64,000 nt of DNA from an uncultured Gemmatimonadaceae bacterium. Its GTDB lineage: Bacteria > Gemmatimonadota > Gemmatimonadetes > Gemmatimonadales > Gemmatimonadaceae. Shown in pieces: positions 39,308 to 51,823 of the stretch (position 1 is the stretch's first letter; each line of letters opens with the position of its first letter). The notes under the pieces are model-generated. The model ran no database searches. It saw nothing but the letters and a program-made list of their open reading frames with translations, and was not told the DNA's origin. The stretch is from the NCBI GenBank assembly GCA_963843845.1, contig CAWJMB010000002.1, positions 800,001-864,000 on the forward strand. Reading direction: 5' to 3'. Made by a program: the position numbers and the translations under genes.

Positions 39308-42074
39308 ATGTCCCCCACTCTCCCGTGCCCCCGCCGAGTGTTGTTGCGCTCGGCCATCCTCGTCGTGCTGCCGCTGCCACTGTTCGCGCAGAGCGCGCAG
39401 CCGGCGGCGAGCGCCCGCCCGAGCGCCTGGTCGGCGCGCGAGGTGCTCGCGACCGAGACGTATACGAAGCCGGCCGCGGAGATCGAGCGGCTCGTGACGG
39501 CGCCGCGCTACAAGAACGTCGCGCTGACCAATCTGAGCCCGGACCGGAAGTACTTCCTGACCACCGTCACGGCGGACATGCCGACCGTGCAGCAGTTCGG
39601 GAAGCCGCACACCTACTTCGCCGGTCTGCAGGTCGACACGAGGGCGAACCGGGCGCGCGCGCTGACGACGCGCGGCAGCTCGGGGATCGCGCTCGTCGAC
39701 GCGGCGACGGGGGAGCGGCGCGCGGTGCAGATGCCGGCCGGCGCGACGGCGTCGAGCCCGAAGTGGTCGCCGGACGGGAAGCGTGTCGCGTTCATCGCGA
39801 ACTTCGACGACGCGTCGCGGCTGTATGTCGCCGACGTCGCGACCGGGCGGTCGCGGCAGCTCAGCACGGTGCCGCTGCTCGCGACGCTCGTGACCGACGT
39901 CGACTGGACGGTGGACGGCAAGTCGCTCGTGACGGTGCTCGTACCGAGCGGGCGCGGCGCGGCGCCGACGCGGCCGGCGGTCGAGACGGGGCCGCTCGTG
40001 CGGCTCACCGACGGGCACAAGGACAAGACGCGGAACTACGCGAGCCTGCTCCGAGATCCGTACGACAAGGCGGGGCTCGAGTACTACGCGACCGGCCAGC
40101 TCGCGCTCGTCGACGCGACGAGCGGCGCCGTGAAGCGCGTCGGGGCGCCGGCGCCGATCTTCTCGGTCGAGGCGTCGCCGACCGGATCGCACTTCATCGT
40201 CACGACGATGAACAAGCCGTACTCGTACATCGTGCAGTACGGCGCGTTCGGGCAGACGACGGCGATCTGGGACGCCGCGGGCACGACGGTCGCCGAGCTG
40301 TCGAGGCGTCCGCTGCGCGAGAGCGATGGCGGTGGCGACGACGCCGGCCCGCCGGGCGCCGCGCGCGCCGGCGCGGACACGGCGCGCCGCGACTTCACGT
40401 GGCTGCCGAACGGAACGCTCGCGTTCCTGCAGCAGGAGCCGGCCGCGGGCGGGCGTCCATCGACGGACAGCACCGCGTCGGCCGGGGCGGCGACGGGCGC
40501 GACGGGTGACGCGCCCGTCAACGTGGCGCCGGCGAACGGCGCGCAGGCGGGGCGCGGCGGCATGGGCGGTCCGGGCGGCGCCGCGACGCGCCGCCGCGAT
40601 CGCCTCGTCGCGTGGGCGCCGCCGTTCGACGCCTCGAGCCGCAAGGTGCTGTTCGAGAGCGACACGCGGATGAGCGGCGTGCTGTTCAACGCCGACGCCA
40701 GCATGGCCTTCGTGGCCGAGAACGCGAACGGGGTCGGGACGGTGTACGCGACCTACTTCAACGAGCCCGGGAAGCGCTACACGCTGTGGCGGATGCGCGG
40801 CCAGACGGCGAGCGTCGGTGGCGGACGCGGCGGCTTCGGCGGCGGGCGCGGCGGCGGCGGCGACGACTCGCTGTCGTTCTACCAGAACCCTGGCGCGCTC
40901 GTGACGCAGCCGGGGCGCGTCGGGACGCCCGCGGCGCTCGTCTCGAGCGACGGGTCGACGGCGTACCTCGCCGGCACCCGCTACGACCGCGAGTGGCAGA
41001 AGGCGGCGCCGCGCGGCTTCGTCGACCGGGTCGAGATCAAGACCGGGAAGAAGACCCCGGTCTTCATGAGCTCGACCGAGCTCTACGAAACGGTCTCGGC
41101 GCCGCTCGACGACGACTACACGAAGTTCGTCGTGATGCGCGAAGGGCCGAAGACGATCGCCGACGCGTGGCTGCGCGACACGAAGACGGGGCAGACGACG
41201 CAGCTCACGCACAACGTCGACTACACCCCCGAGTTCACCGCCTTGCAGCGCCGCCGCATCGCCGTGACGCGGCCGGACGGGTACCGCTTCTACGTGAACG
41301 TCACGCTGCCGGCCAACTATCAGGCGGGCACGCGCCTTCCCGGGATGTTCTGGTTCTACCCGTACGAGTACACCGACCAGGCGAGCTACGACCGCACGCT
41401 GCGGACGCAGAACATCAACGCGTTCCCGAACGCCGGCCCGCGCACGATCGAGTACTTCGCGACGCAGGGTTACACGGTCGCGAACTTCGACCCGCCGATC
41501 GTCGGCACGACGGGGCGGATGAACGACAACTACATCTCGGACCTGACGGCGGATCTGCTCGCGGTGATCGACGAGCTCGACAAGCAGGGGCTCATCGACC
41601 GCGCGCGGCTCGGCATCGGCGGACACTAGCTACGGCGCGTTCAGCACGCTCAACGCGATGACGCGCACGACGCTCTTCAAGGCCGGCATCGCGGGCGACG
41701 GCATGTACAATCGCTCCCTGACGCCGAACGGCTTCCAGAGCGAGCGGCGCGACTTCTGGGAGGCGCAGCGCACGTACCTCGACATGTCGCCGTTCTTCTA
41801 CGCCGACAAGCTGTCGGGCGCGCTGCTCATGTACCACTCGATCGAGGATCAGAACGTCGGCACCGACCCGATCATCTCGGTGCGCATGATGCACGCGCTG
41901 CAGGGGCTCGGCAAAACGGCGTCGCTGTACATGTATCCGTACGAGGACCACGGGCCGGCGACGAAGGAGACGCTGCTCGACCAGTGGGCGCGGTGGACGG
42001 CGTGGATCGATCTCTACGTGAAGAACGGCGAGAAGAAGGCGCCGGGGGCGATGGACACGAAGGCGATCCAGTGA
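39308..42074 (+). CDS. Secreted S9-family (prolyl oligopeptidase-like) peptidase; single +1 frameshift near 41627
   Basis: Beta-propeller WSPDGK; GIGGH|SYG split by one extra base; downstream YNRSLTP.GFQ.ERR, DQNVGT, YPYEDH. Confidence 0.88.
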
Positions 42075-42122
42075 GCTGACCGGTCGCCCCCCGGTCGTGT
42101 CCTTCGCAGCGCCGGAGGGGCA

Positions 42123-45100
42123 CTACCGGGGGGTGAGCGCGTCGATCCACGCCGGCAACAACACCGCACGCAGATCGTCGGGCCGACGGCCGGTCGCATC
42201 GAACGTCGTCGTGAAGAGCTGCCGCGCCCGTCTCGCGTCGCCGAGCCGCAGCGCGCTCACGACGGCGCCGTCGTGCAGGAGCGACGGCGCGATCCATCGC
42301 ACGCCGCGTCGTTGCGCGGCGACGAGCGTGTCGGCCGCCGTCGCCGCGGCGGCCCAGTCCCACCCTTCGAGCGCGCGGAGAAAGCTCACCGCGGCGACGG
42401 CCTCGTTCGGCGCTCCCGTTCGCGCGAGAAACTCGAACAGGCGCGCGTAGAGCGCCGAGTCGACGACGCCGGCGGTACCGCCGTGGACGTCGTCGAGCAC
42501 GTCGGCCGTGTGGCTGGTGAATCGCATCCAGTCGACCGGCGCGCGCCCCGTGGCGAGCACGTTCTCGAACGCGGCGCGCCGATACAGTGCGTCGCGCGTC
42601 TCGTCGGCGTCCCCCCTCTCTGCGCCGGCGTCGTGAGCCGCCGAGCCGCCCGCCCGCCGTTCCCACGCCGCCCGCGTCGCCCTGCCTAACGCGAGCGCCT
42701 TCGCGCGCGGCAGGTCGACCGGACTGCGTGCGACGGCGGAGAACGGGGTGCGCCACCCGCGCATCGCCGCGACCGGGTCGAAGCGGCCCGTGCCGAGGTC
42801 GCGGAATCCCGTGGCGCGCGCTCGCATGAAGCGCGTCCGCTCCGCGCCGAGGTCGAGCACGGGGTAGAAGTCGGAGTTCACGGGGCGCCAGCGGTCGAGC
42901 AGCGGCGCGAGTGCGGCGCGGTCGATGAGCCGCGCGCTCGCGAGACTGAGCGAGTCGAGCGGCAGGGTGCGGCGGAGGTCGGCGCCTAACGCGGGGAGTG
43001 CCAGCGCGCGCCAGTCGGGCGCCGGGACGCGCGCCGCGTTCGTCGCGACGACGAGAATGTCGCCGGCGGAGACGAGGTAGATGTCGTACGCGCGGAAATT
43101 CCGGTGCAGCGCGGCGAGCACGTCGAGCACGAGCCGGTCGTCGATCTCGTAGAGGTGCAGCCACTGCCCGAAGATGCCGTTCGGCGTGAGCCACCCGCTC
43201 ACTCGGCCGTAGAACTCGTTCGTGAACAGGCCCGAGACGCCGCTCACCCACGGGTTCGACGGCTCGGAGACGATGACGTCGAACTTCTCGTCGCTCGCCG
43301 AGAAGAAGCTCTTCGCGTCGTCGAGCACGAAGTGCGACCGCGGGTCGTCGAAGACGCGCCGGTTCGCGGGGTAGAACTGGCGCGAGCCGTCGATCATCGC
43401 GGGCTCGATGTCGATCGTCGACAGCCGTTGAAGCGCGGGGCTCGCGAGCAGCAGGTGCGACGTCATCCCGGAGCCCTGCCCGATGACGGCGGCCGAGCGC
43501 GCGGCCGGCGCGTGGACGAGGGTGAGGAGGGGGAGGAGCGCCTGCGTCACCTGGTCGCCGGCGAGCGGGCGCCTGACCGTGTCCGCGGGAGACGGTCGCA
43601 CCCAGTCGACCGTCAAGGACGCGTCGGGCTTGCCGTTCGTCGCGAGCGAGATCGTGTTGCCGTTCTTCGCCTGCCGCACGCTGACGGTGGCCGTCCGTCC
43701 GTCGCGGTAGAAGAGCATCCGCATGTCGTCCGGCGACGTGACGCTCGCGTAGCGGTACACGCCGCTCGTCAGCGTCGCCGGGTGGAAGGGGGTGCGGATG
43801 GCGACCGCGAGCAGCATCGCGAACGTCGCCGGGACGACGACGAAGGTCGTGGTCCGCTCACTCGCGAGGCCGAAGCGCACGAGCAGCACGAAGCCGAGCG
43901 CGACGTCGACGAGCGCGCCGGCGACGAGCAGCCACTTGAGGCCCAGCAGCGGCATGAGCACGAGCCCGGCGAGCGCCGCGCCGACGATGGAGCCGAGCGT
44001 GTTCACCGCGTAGACGCGGCCGATGGCGCCCTCGCCGGCGCCGAGGACGTAGAGCGTGCGCGTGATGAGTGGGAGCGTCATGCCGGCGCAGAACGTCGCG
44101 GGAAGCATGACCGTGAGGCAGAGCAGGTAGCGCGCGAGCGAGAAGAGCGTGTACCCCTGGGCCGTCGTGTCGAGTGCGCTCAGCAGCTCGACCATCCAGT
44201 CGTACGACCGGAGATAGAGCGGGAGCGTCGCGATCGCGACGCTCCCCATGATCCACTGCACGATGCCCAGCGTGCGGACCGGGTCGGCGAGACGGTCGGC
44301 GCGGGCGCGCACCCACCAGGCGCCTGACGCGAGGCCGAGGATGAACACCGAGAGCATGATCTCGAACGAGTGCGTCGCGCTGCCGACGACGAGTGAGAGC
44401 ATGCGGAGCCAGGCGACCTCGTAGACGAACGAGGCGACGGCGGTGCCGAACGCGACGACGAGGAGCAGTGTCGCGAGGGAGCGATCGGCGCGTTCGTTCG
44501 GCGTCGATCGCGTCGAGATGGGTGCGCTCTCGCTCTCCGTCGATCGAATCCCTCGAAGCGGGGGGGGCTCAATGGCAGAGCTCGGCGCGAGGGTCAGCGC
44601 GTACGCGAGTGCTGCCACGGCCACGTTGATTCCCGCCGCCACGAGCAGCGTTCCCGGAAGCCCGACCGCCGCGAGCAGCCAGAACCCGGCGACGAGCACC
44701 CCCGCCGCCGCTCCCAGGCTGTTCGTGAAGTAGAGCAGCGCGAGCGTGCGCCCGGGGGCATCGGGCATGCGACGGATCGCGCCGGCGCTCATGAGCGGGA
44801 ACGTCGCGCCCAGCAGCACCGACTGCGGCAGGATCAGCAGCGCCGCGACGACCCATTTCGCCACGACGATCGCCGGCCCCGGCGGGAGCGCCGGAAGCAG
44901 CGTGCTGTAGGCGGCGCCCGTGACCGCGAGAAAGAGGGGATGAAAGAGCGCGCCGAGCGCCCCCGCGCCCAGCTCGACGAGCGCGTACAGCCGCAGCGGA
45001 TCGCGCAGCTCCGCCGAGCGGCGCCCGACGACCCAGGCGCCCACCGACATGCCGCCGAGGAAGATGACGAGGACGATGATCTGCGCGTACGCGCTGTGAC

Positions 45101-45191
45101 CGACGAACAGGCCGAGGTAGCGGCTCCAGATCGACTCGTACATCAATCCGGCGGCGCCGGAGATCGTGAACAGAAAGAGCAGCAGAGGCAC
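42123..45191 (-). CDS. Membrane-fused spermidine synthase-like (SAM-dependent) protein
   Basis: Two TM repeats SGAAGLMYE..W.R.L / LY..N.LG..G, followed by NGKPDAS, IGQGSGMT, FDVIVSEPSNPWVSG. Confidence 0.85.
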   Translation of the reverse strand: MPLLLFLFTISGAAGLMYESIWSRYLGLFVGHSAYAQIIVLVIFLGGMSVGAWVVGRRSAELRDPLRLYALVELGAGALGALFHPLFLAVTGAAYSTLLPALPPGPAIVVAKWVVAALLILPQSVLLGATFPLMSAGAIRRMPDAPGRTLALLYFTNSLGAAAGVLVAGFWLLAAVGLPGTLLVAAGINVAVAALAYALTLAPSSAIEPPPLRGIRSTESESAPISTRSTPNERADRSLATLLLVVAFGTAVASFVYEVAWLRMLSLVVGSATHSFEIMLSVFILGLASGAWWVRARADRLADPVRTLGIVQWIMGSVAIATLPLYLRSYDWMVELLSALDTTAQGYTLFSLARYLLCLTVMLPATFCAGMTLPLITRTLYVLGAGEGAIGRVYAVNTLGSIVGAALAGLVLMPLLGLKWLLVAGALVDVALGFVLLVRFGLASERTTTFVVVPATFAMLLAVAIRTPFHPATLTSGVYRYASVTSPDDMRMLFYRDGRTATVSVRQAKNGNTISLATNGKPDASLTVDWVRPSPADTVRRPLAGDQVTQALLPLLTLVHAPAARSAAVIGQGSGMTSHLLLASPALQRLSTIDIEPAMIDGSRQFYPANRRVFDDPRSHFVLDDAKSFFSASDEKFDVIVSEPSNPWVSGVSGLFTNEFYGRVSGWLTPNGIFGQWLHLYEIDDRLVLDVLAALHRNFRAYDIYLVSAGDILVVATNAARVPAPDWRALALPALGADLRRTLPLDSLSLASARLIDRAALAPLLDRWRPVNSDFYPVLDLGAERTRFMRARATGFRDLGTGRFDPVAAMRGWRTPFSAVARSPVDLPRAKALALGRATRAAWERRAGGSAAHDAGAERGDADETRDALYRRAAFENVLATGRAPVDWMRFTSHTADVLDDVHGGTAGVVDSALYARLFEFLARTGAPNEAVAAVSFLRALEGWDWAAAATAADTLVAAQRRGVRWIAPSLLHDGAVVSALRLGDARRARQLFTTTFDATGRRPDDLRAVLLPAWIDALTPR

Positions 45192-45234
45192 TGATGTCGG
45201 GGCTCGGTGACGGCTGGGGCTCGGTCCCGGCAGC

Positions 45235-46260
45235 TCAGAGTGTGATCACGACCTTGCCGAACGTCGCGTTCGACTCGAGCCGCTCGTGCGCGCTCGCGAG
45301 GGCGCTCAGCGCGAACACCGAGTCGACCACGGGCCGCACGCGCCCGTCCTCGAGGAACGGGGCGACCTCGGCGGCGAAGTGGCGCGTGACGGCGATGCGC
45401 TCTTCGAGCGGGCGCGCACGGAGCACGGTGCCGCGCAGCGTCAGTCGGTTGCGGAGCAGCGGTCGGTAGTCGATCTCGCCGCGCGCGCCGGCCATCGTGC
45501 CGACGAGGATCACGCGACCGCGCGGCGCCATCACCCCCAACGTCGCGGCGAGGTACGGGCCACCGACGAGGTCGAGCGCGACGTCGACGCCGCGGCCGGC
45601 GGTGTGCTCACGAACGAACGGCACGAGGGCGGACGACACGCCCGCCGCGCCGGTCGCCACGGCGTCGGGCACCGCGTCGGTCGGCAGCGCGAGCCCCGCG
45701 TCGAGCCCGGCGACCTCGCGCGCGCGGTCGAGCTTCTCCGCCGTGCGCGCGGTGCCGAACGCGCGGAGGCCGAAGGCGCGCGCCACCTGCACGGCCGCGA
45801 GTCCGACGCCGCTGCCGACGGCGTGGATCAGCACGGTCTCGCCCGGGCGCGCGTCCGCCTGCCGCAGCGCGTCGTGCGCGGTGATGAACGCCTCGGGAAC
45901 CGCGGCGGCGTCGGTCCACGACAGGCGCTCCGGGATCCGCGCCACGGCGCGCTCGTGCGTCGCGAGGTACTCCGCGTGCGCGCCGCCGCCGACGAGGCCC
46001 CAGACGCGATCCCCGCGCTGCCACGCACTCGCGCCCGTGCCCGAGGCGACGACCTCGCCGGCGAACTCGATGCCGGGGACGTCGGCGGGCGCGCCCGGCG
46101 GGGCCGGATAGTTCCCGCGCCGCTGCAGGAGGTCCGCGCGATTGAGGGCCGAGGCGCGCACGCGCACGAGGATCTGCTCGTGGCCGGGCGTCGGCGTCGG
46201 GCGCTCCTGGATCTCGAGCACCTCGGGGCCGCCGGGGCGGGTGATGATGGCAGCGCGCAT
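45235..46260 (-). CDS. NAD(P)H:quinone oxidoreductase (zeta-crystallin/PIG3 family)
   Basis: GGPEVL, NRADLLQRRG.YP, IHAVGSGVGLAAVQ, GKVVI. Confidence 0.92.
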   Translation of the reverse strand: MRAAIITRPGGPEVLEIQERPTPTPGHEQILVRVRASALNRADLLQRRGNYPAPPGAPADVPGIEFAGEVVASGTGASAWQRGDRVWGLVGGGAHAEYLATHERAVARIPERLSWTDAAAVPEAFITAHDALRQADARPGETVLIHAVGSGVGLAAVQVARAFGLRAFGTARTAEKLDRAREVAGLDAGLALPTDAVPDAVATGAAGVSSALVPFVREHTAGRGVDVALDLVGGPYLAATLGVMAPRGRVILVGTMAGARGEIDYRPLLRNRLTLRGTVLRARPLEERIAVTRHFAAEVAPFLEDGRVRPVVDSVFALSALASAHERLESNATFGKVVITL

Positions 46261-46326
46261 CGGATCAGGCACGGGTCATCGCCGCACGCGCACGGCGGAT
46301 CGTGAGCGACCGGAACCGCATCGCGC

Positions 46327-47752
46327 TCACGGCCGCGCGACGAGCCGCGCGCGCGCGCCCGGCGACTGGCGGAGCGTGATCCGTGACTGCGGCCTGACGG
46401 TCTGCCCCGGAACCAACTGCATCGACCACCGCGCCGCGAGCGTGGCGAGCACGAGGATCAGCTCCGTCCACGCGAACTGCTCGCCGATGCAGATGCGCGT
46501 GCCGCCGCCGAACGGGAAGTAGGCGAACCTGGGGCGCGCGCCTCGCTCGTCGCCGTCGTCGCGCGCCGACTCGGCGGCCGCCGCCCGCGTCCACCGCTCG
46601 GGGCGGAACGCCTCGGGCTCCGGCCACCACCGCGCGTCGTGGTGCGCGACCCACGGCGACGTGATGACACCCCACCCGGGCTCGATCGTCACGCCGCCGA
46701 CCTCACACCGCTCGGCGCAGATTCGACCGATCGCATACGCGGGGGGAAAGAGGCGCATCGACTCGGCGATCACGGCGCGGGTGTAGGGAAGGCGCGGCAG
46801 ATCGTCGATCGTCGGCACGCGCCGCGCGTCGGACGTGCCCAACACACCGTCCAGCTCGGCGTGCAACTGCGCCTCCGCGTCTCGGATGCTGGGCGAGCAG
46901 GTACCACGTCCAGGCGAGCGCGTTCGCCGTCGTCTCGTGGCCGGCGAGGAAGAGCGTCATCACCTCGTCGCGGAGCTGGGTGTCGCTCATCGGCTCGCCG
47001 TCGGTCTCGTCCGGGTCGGTCGCGACGAGGAGCATCGACAGCAGGTCGCCGCGCTCGGCCGCGTCCGCGCTCCGCCGGCGCTCGGCGATGATGCCGGAGA
47101 CGATGGTGTCGAGCCGCGTGCGCGCGGTGGCGAAGCGGTTGGCCGGCGGCACCGGGAGGCGGACCATCCACCGCGCGATCGGCAGAAAGGCGAGGGGCGC
47201 GAAGCGCATGGCGTCGTGCATCGCCGCTGCCACGGCGCGGGCGCGGTCGCCGACGTCGGTGCCGAAGAGCGTCTCGCCGGCGATGCCCAACGTCAGCGCC
47301 GTCATCTCCGCCGCGACATCGACCACGGCGCCGGGGCCTGCCGCGGACCAGCGGTCGCTCCACCGCGCGGCCGCGGTGGTCATGGCGGAGGCGTATGCGG
47401 CGATGCGCTCGCGGTGGAACGCCGGCTGCGCGAGTCTGCGCTGGCGGCGGTGCACGTCTCCCTCGCTCGTCAGCAGGCCGTCGCCGAGGAGGAGACGGAG
47501 ACCGCGGTGCGCGTAGCCGCGCACGAAGTGGCGCTGCCGCGTCACGAGGACGTCGCGGGCGTCGTCGGGATGGCCGACGAAGACGAACGTCTGCCCGATC
47601 GCCGGGAAGACGACCGTGTCGCTCAGCCGGGCGAGGCGGACGAGCAGCGCGCGCGGGTCGCGGGCGAGCGCGAGCGTGTACTCGCCGGGCCAGCGGGCGC
47701 GCAGCCGCGCGGCCTGGCGGTGGAGGGCGGGAGCGGGGGTGACGGCGGTCAT
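46327..47752 (-). CDS. Cytochrome P450; one frameshift near 46882
   Basis: GLLTSEG, AGHETTA (I helix), ESMR (ExxR), PERW, FGGGTRICIG (heme Cys). Confidence 0.9.
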
Positions 47753-47925
47753 GTCGTCCGTCGCTTCGCGCGGGATGACGGTGGCATGCAGGCTCAGGAG
47801 GGCTCGCGACCGGCGGAATGTATGTCGAAATCGTGTCGCCCCGATCGTCGATGCGGAGCCGCACGGGGCGTCCGTGTGCCGCGTGTGAAACTCTTCGGGC
47901 GGGGCGGGCGTACATCGGCGGGTGA

Positions 47926-47943
47926 TGTAAGTGCATGCTTGCA
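47926..47943. promoter_or_regulatory. Candidate TetR operator TGTAAG-N6-CTTGCA
   Basis: AT-rich imperfect palindrome in the divergent P450/TetR intergenic region. Confidence 0.45.
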
Positions 47944-48010
47944 CACCCCGCCCGGTTCGCGTAGCGTTGTCCGCTCGCCGCTCGACCCACCGGTCCCTTC
48001 CGTCTCGCGC

Positions 48011-48712
48011 ATGATCGACAACCGGGCACGCCTGCTGGACGCTGCCGCGAAAGTGTACGCAGAGTACGGCTACCGCGGCGCGACCACGCGGAGAATCGCC
48101 GTGGCTGCCGGCGTCAACGAAGTCACGCTCTTCCGCACGTTCGGCTCGAAGGCCGCACTGCTCGACGAGGCACTGTGTTGTCGCGCCGCGTCGGTCGGCG
48201 CCGGCCGCGCCATGCTGCCGGCCGAGCCGCACGACCCGGAGCGCGAGCTGACCGAGTGGGCGACGGTGCAGCTCGAGCGCTTTCGCGAGGCCGGGTCGCT
48301 GTTGCGGAAGTCGCTCAGCGAGTTGGAGGAGCGCCCCGAGGGGCCCTGCGTCGCGCACGCGGTCGCCGACGTCGCCGAGGAGCTGCGCGCGTACATGCGG
48401 CGGTTGGCGGACGTCGGGCTCGTCGACTGGTCGGCCCTCGACGAGGACGAGCTGGGGCGCCAGCGAGCGCGCCGGCGCGCTCCGGCGGCCCGGCGCGACG
48501 CGCTCCGGTCGGAGGACGCCCACGCCGCCGGCACGATGCTCGTCTCCGCGCTGTTCGGCGACGCGATGGGGCGCTCCGCGATGCCCGGGCTGTATCCCGA
48601 GCCGGTGGACCGGGCGCCGGCGCTCTACGTCCGCCTCTTTCTGCGAGCCATTCGCTGCGCCCCGGCGGCGCGCCGCATCGCTCGCGCCACTGCCACGCAG
48701 ACCCGTTCATGA
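48011..48712 (+). CDS. TetR/AcrR family transcriptional regulator
   Basis: LLDAAAKVYAEYGYRGATTRRIAVAAGVNEVTLFRTFGSK HTH. Confidence 0.92.
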   Translation: MIDNRARLLDAAAKVYAEYGYRGATTRRIAVAAGVNEVTLFRTFGSKAALLDEALCCRAASVGAGRAMLPAEPHDPERELTEWATVQLERFREAGSLLRKSLSELEERPEGPCVAHAVADVAEELRAYMRRLADVGLVDWSALDEDELGRQRARRRAPAARRDALRSEDAHAAGTMLVSALFGDAMGRSAMPGLYPEPVDRAPALYVRLFLRAIRCAPAARRIARATATQTRS

Positions 48713-50536
48713 ACGCATTTCCGAGGGGCGTCGCATTCACGCTGGCGGCGGGCGTCGCGCTCGTCGCATCGTCGTCGGGTGCGCAGACGCCCGCCGCGCG
48801 GGTGCCGGCCGCGCCCGTCGCGGCGACCCCCCTGTCGCTCGACGAGGCCATCCGGCTCGCAGAGGGTGAGAGCGAGGCGGTGCGCATCGCGCAGGCCGGC
48901 GTGCTGCGGGCGCGCGGGCAGCAGTCTCAGGCGCGCGCGCAGTACCTGCCGCAGCTCAACGGCTCGGCCAACTATCAGCGCGCGCTGCAGAACCAGTTCC
49001 AGGCGATCTCGAGTCAGGCGCCGGTCGACACCCAGACCGGGCCGCGGCTCTCGTCGCTCTGCGCGCCGGCCATCTCCGAGACGGCGACGCCGGCCGAGCG
49101 ACAGGCTGCGTTGCAGCAGGCGCAGACGTGCGCGTCGAGCGGCGACGCGCTGGGCGGGATCTCGCGCATCTTCGCGTCGCCGTACACGCTGACGCTCGGG
49201 CTCACGGGGTCGCAGACGGTCTACTCCGGCGGGCGCGTGCAGGCGTCGAACCAGGTCGCGAACGCGACGCGCCGCAGCGCGGAGATCGGCGTCGTGGCGG
49301 CGCGCGCGCAGCTGCAGCTCGACGTCGCGCAGGCGTACTACGGCGCGGTGCTCGCCGACCGGCTCGTGCAGATCAGCGAGTCGTCGTACGTGCAGGCGGA
49401 GCGGACGTACCGGCAGACGAGCCTCGCGTCGCAGGTCGGCAACGTCGCCGAGTTCGATCTGCTGCGGGCGCGCGTGACGCGCGACAATCAGCGCCCCGTG
49501 CTGATCCAGGCGCGCGCGGCGCGCGACGTCGCGTACCTGCAGCTGCGGCAGCTCCTCAACCTGCCGTCGACGCGCCCGCTCGCGCTGACGACGACGCTGC
49601 CGATCGCCGGGCCGTCGACGAGCGGGCCGCAACCGCGCGCCGCCACCGCGCCGTCGATCGCCCCATCGACCGCGCCCGAGCGCGCGCACGGCGATCGCGA
49701 TCTCGAATCCGATGCCGCTCGACTTCGACCCGGCCGAGATCCTCGCCGACGACCCGCGCGTCCGGGCGGCGGTCGACAGCGTGGCGCAGCGCGCCGACAC
49801 GTCGTCGCGCGACCGGGCGAGCGCGCGGCAGTCGCGCGAGAACGTGACCGTGCAGCGCAACCTGCTGCGTCAGGCGCGCGCGCAGCGGCTGCCGCAGATC
49901 GGGCTCGACGAGCGTGTATCAGCGCTTCGCGTATCCGAGCGGCGGCTTCCTGCCGATCCCGAGCTCGTTCAATCAGCTCTACCCCAACTGGACGGTCGCG
50001 CTGGGCGTCTCGCTGCCGATCTTCACCGGCGGGCGCATCCGCGGCGACGAGCTCGTCGCCGAAGCCGGTCTGCGCGAGGCCGAGCAGACGGCGCAGCAGG
50101 TCCAGGAGCTCTCCGCGCTCGACGCGCAGGTCGCGCTCTCGGCAGCTGGCGCAGGCCGAGGCGACGTGGCTCGCGAGCGAGCGGCACGGCGGAGCAGGCG
50201 GATCGCGCGTACACGATCTCGGAGGTGCGCTTCCGCGAGGGGATCTCGACGCTCGTGGAGCTGTCGGACTCACGGCTGTTGTTGCAGCAGGCGCAGACGA
50301 ACGCGGCCACGGCGGCGCGCGACCTCCAGATCGCGCGGCTCAAGCTGTCGCTGCTGCGCGACCTGCCGCTCACGTCGTCGTCGGCCGCGCAGCAGCAGAG
50401 CGGGTCGCGTCAGGGCGCGGCGGGCGGGAGCGGCGGGCAGCAGCAGGGCGGTTCATCATCGACTCAGCAGCGGTCCGCGGGGAGTTCGGCGGGCGGCTTC
50501 CAGACAGCCGGCGTCGCCGGCGGGGGCGTTCCATGA
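48709..50536 (+). CDS. TolC-family outer membrane protein, frameshifted (~49690-50180)
   Basis: LSLDEAIRLA, YLPQL, VSLPIFTGG, RFREGISTLVELSD spread across frames. Confidence 0.85.
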
Positions 50537-51804
50537 GAGGCACGAGCAGGTTCGGTCGGGGAGGGTTCGGTGGCGTGGGGCTCGGCGGCGTCGGTTTGCG
50601 AGGCGTCGCGTTCGGCACGGTGGCGCTGAGCGCCGCGACGGTGGGCGCGTGCGGCGAGAAGGACGCGGCGGCGAACGATTCGACCGCGGCCGCGGCGGCG
50701 GTGATGACGGTCGGGGCGGAGAACGTCGCGGTCGTTCGCACCGACACCATTCAGAGTGGTCCCGGCGCTCTCCGGCTCGCTCCAGCCCGAGCGGCAGGCG
50801 ACGATTCGCGCCGAGGCGGCAGGCACGGTGACGCGGACCTACGCCGAGGCGGGGCAGCGCGTCGGGCGCGGCACCGTGCTCGCGCGCATCGAGACGACCG
50901 GGCTCACCGACCAGGCGGCTCGCCGCGCGCGCGAACGTCGCGTCGGCGCGCGCTCGGGTACGAGACCGCGCAGCGCAACGCGGAGCGGTCCGACCGGCTG
51001 CTCGCGGCCGGCGCGATCGCGGCGCGCGACGCGGAAGGGGCCCGGGCGCAGGCGAGCGCGGCGCAGGCGCAGCTCAGCGCGGCGCAGGCGCAGCTCGCGA
51101 GCGTGCAGAAAGCAGCTCGGCAACACGAGCCCGAGCGCGCCGTTCGCCGGCGTCATCGGGGTGCGGAGCGGTCAGCGAGGGCGACGTCGTCACCGTCGGC
51201 GGGGCGCTGTTCACGGTCGTCGATCCGTCGAGCATGCAGCTCGAGGCGAGCGTGCCGGCCGACCAGCTCTCGCAGGTGCGCGTCGGCGCGCCGGTGCGCT
51301 TCACCGTGAACGGCTACCCGAACCGCGCCTTCGTCGGGAAGGTGACGCGCGTCGCGCCGGTGGCCGATCCGGCGACGCGGCAGGTGCGGATCATCGCGTC
51401 GGTCCCGAACAGCGGCAACGCGCTCGTCGGCGGGCTGTTCGCCGAAGGGCGCGTGTCGAGCGAGGTGCGCTCGGCGCTCGTGGCGCCGAACGCGGCGATC
51501 GATCAGCGCAGCACGACGCCGGCGGTCGTGCGCGTGAAGAGGCGGCAAGGTCGAGCGCGTGAACGTGGAGCTCGGACTGCGCGACGACGCGACCGAGCGC
51601 GTGGAGATCCGGAGCGGCGTGCAGGCCGGCGACACGCTGCTGCTCGGCGCGGCGCAGGGCATCTCGGCGGGAACGCCGATCCGCGTCGGCGCGCCGAACG
51701 ATCGGCAGGCGGCGCAGAACGCGACACCGCAGCCGGCGACGCCGCAGACCGCGACACCCGCGAGTCCGCCGAACGACACGGCGCGCGGCACCCGCCCGCG
51801 CTGA
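50533..51804 (+). CDS. RND efflux membrane fusion protein, frameshifted
   Basis: Lipobox VGAC, SGSLQPE..ATIRAE, APFAGVI, LEASVP, PVADPATR, VEIRSGVQAGD across frames. Confidence 0.85.
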
Positions 51805-51823
51805 CGCACGAGAGGCAACCGCC

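Noticed and set aside
41620..41635. Programmed frameshift or readthrough at the S9 catalytic GH|SYG motif
   Set aside because: No slippery sequence. One extra base explains it, and similar +1 insertions are common across the window.
45192..45234. GGGGCTCGG recurring in intergenic regions (also near 14252, 17570, 55221)
   Set aside because: Short GC-rich word expected by chance; no consistent larger element.
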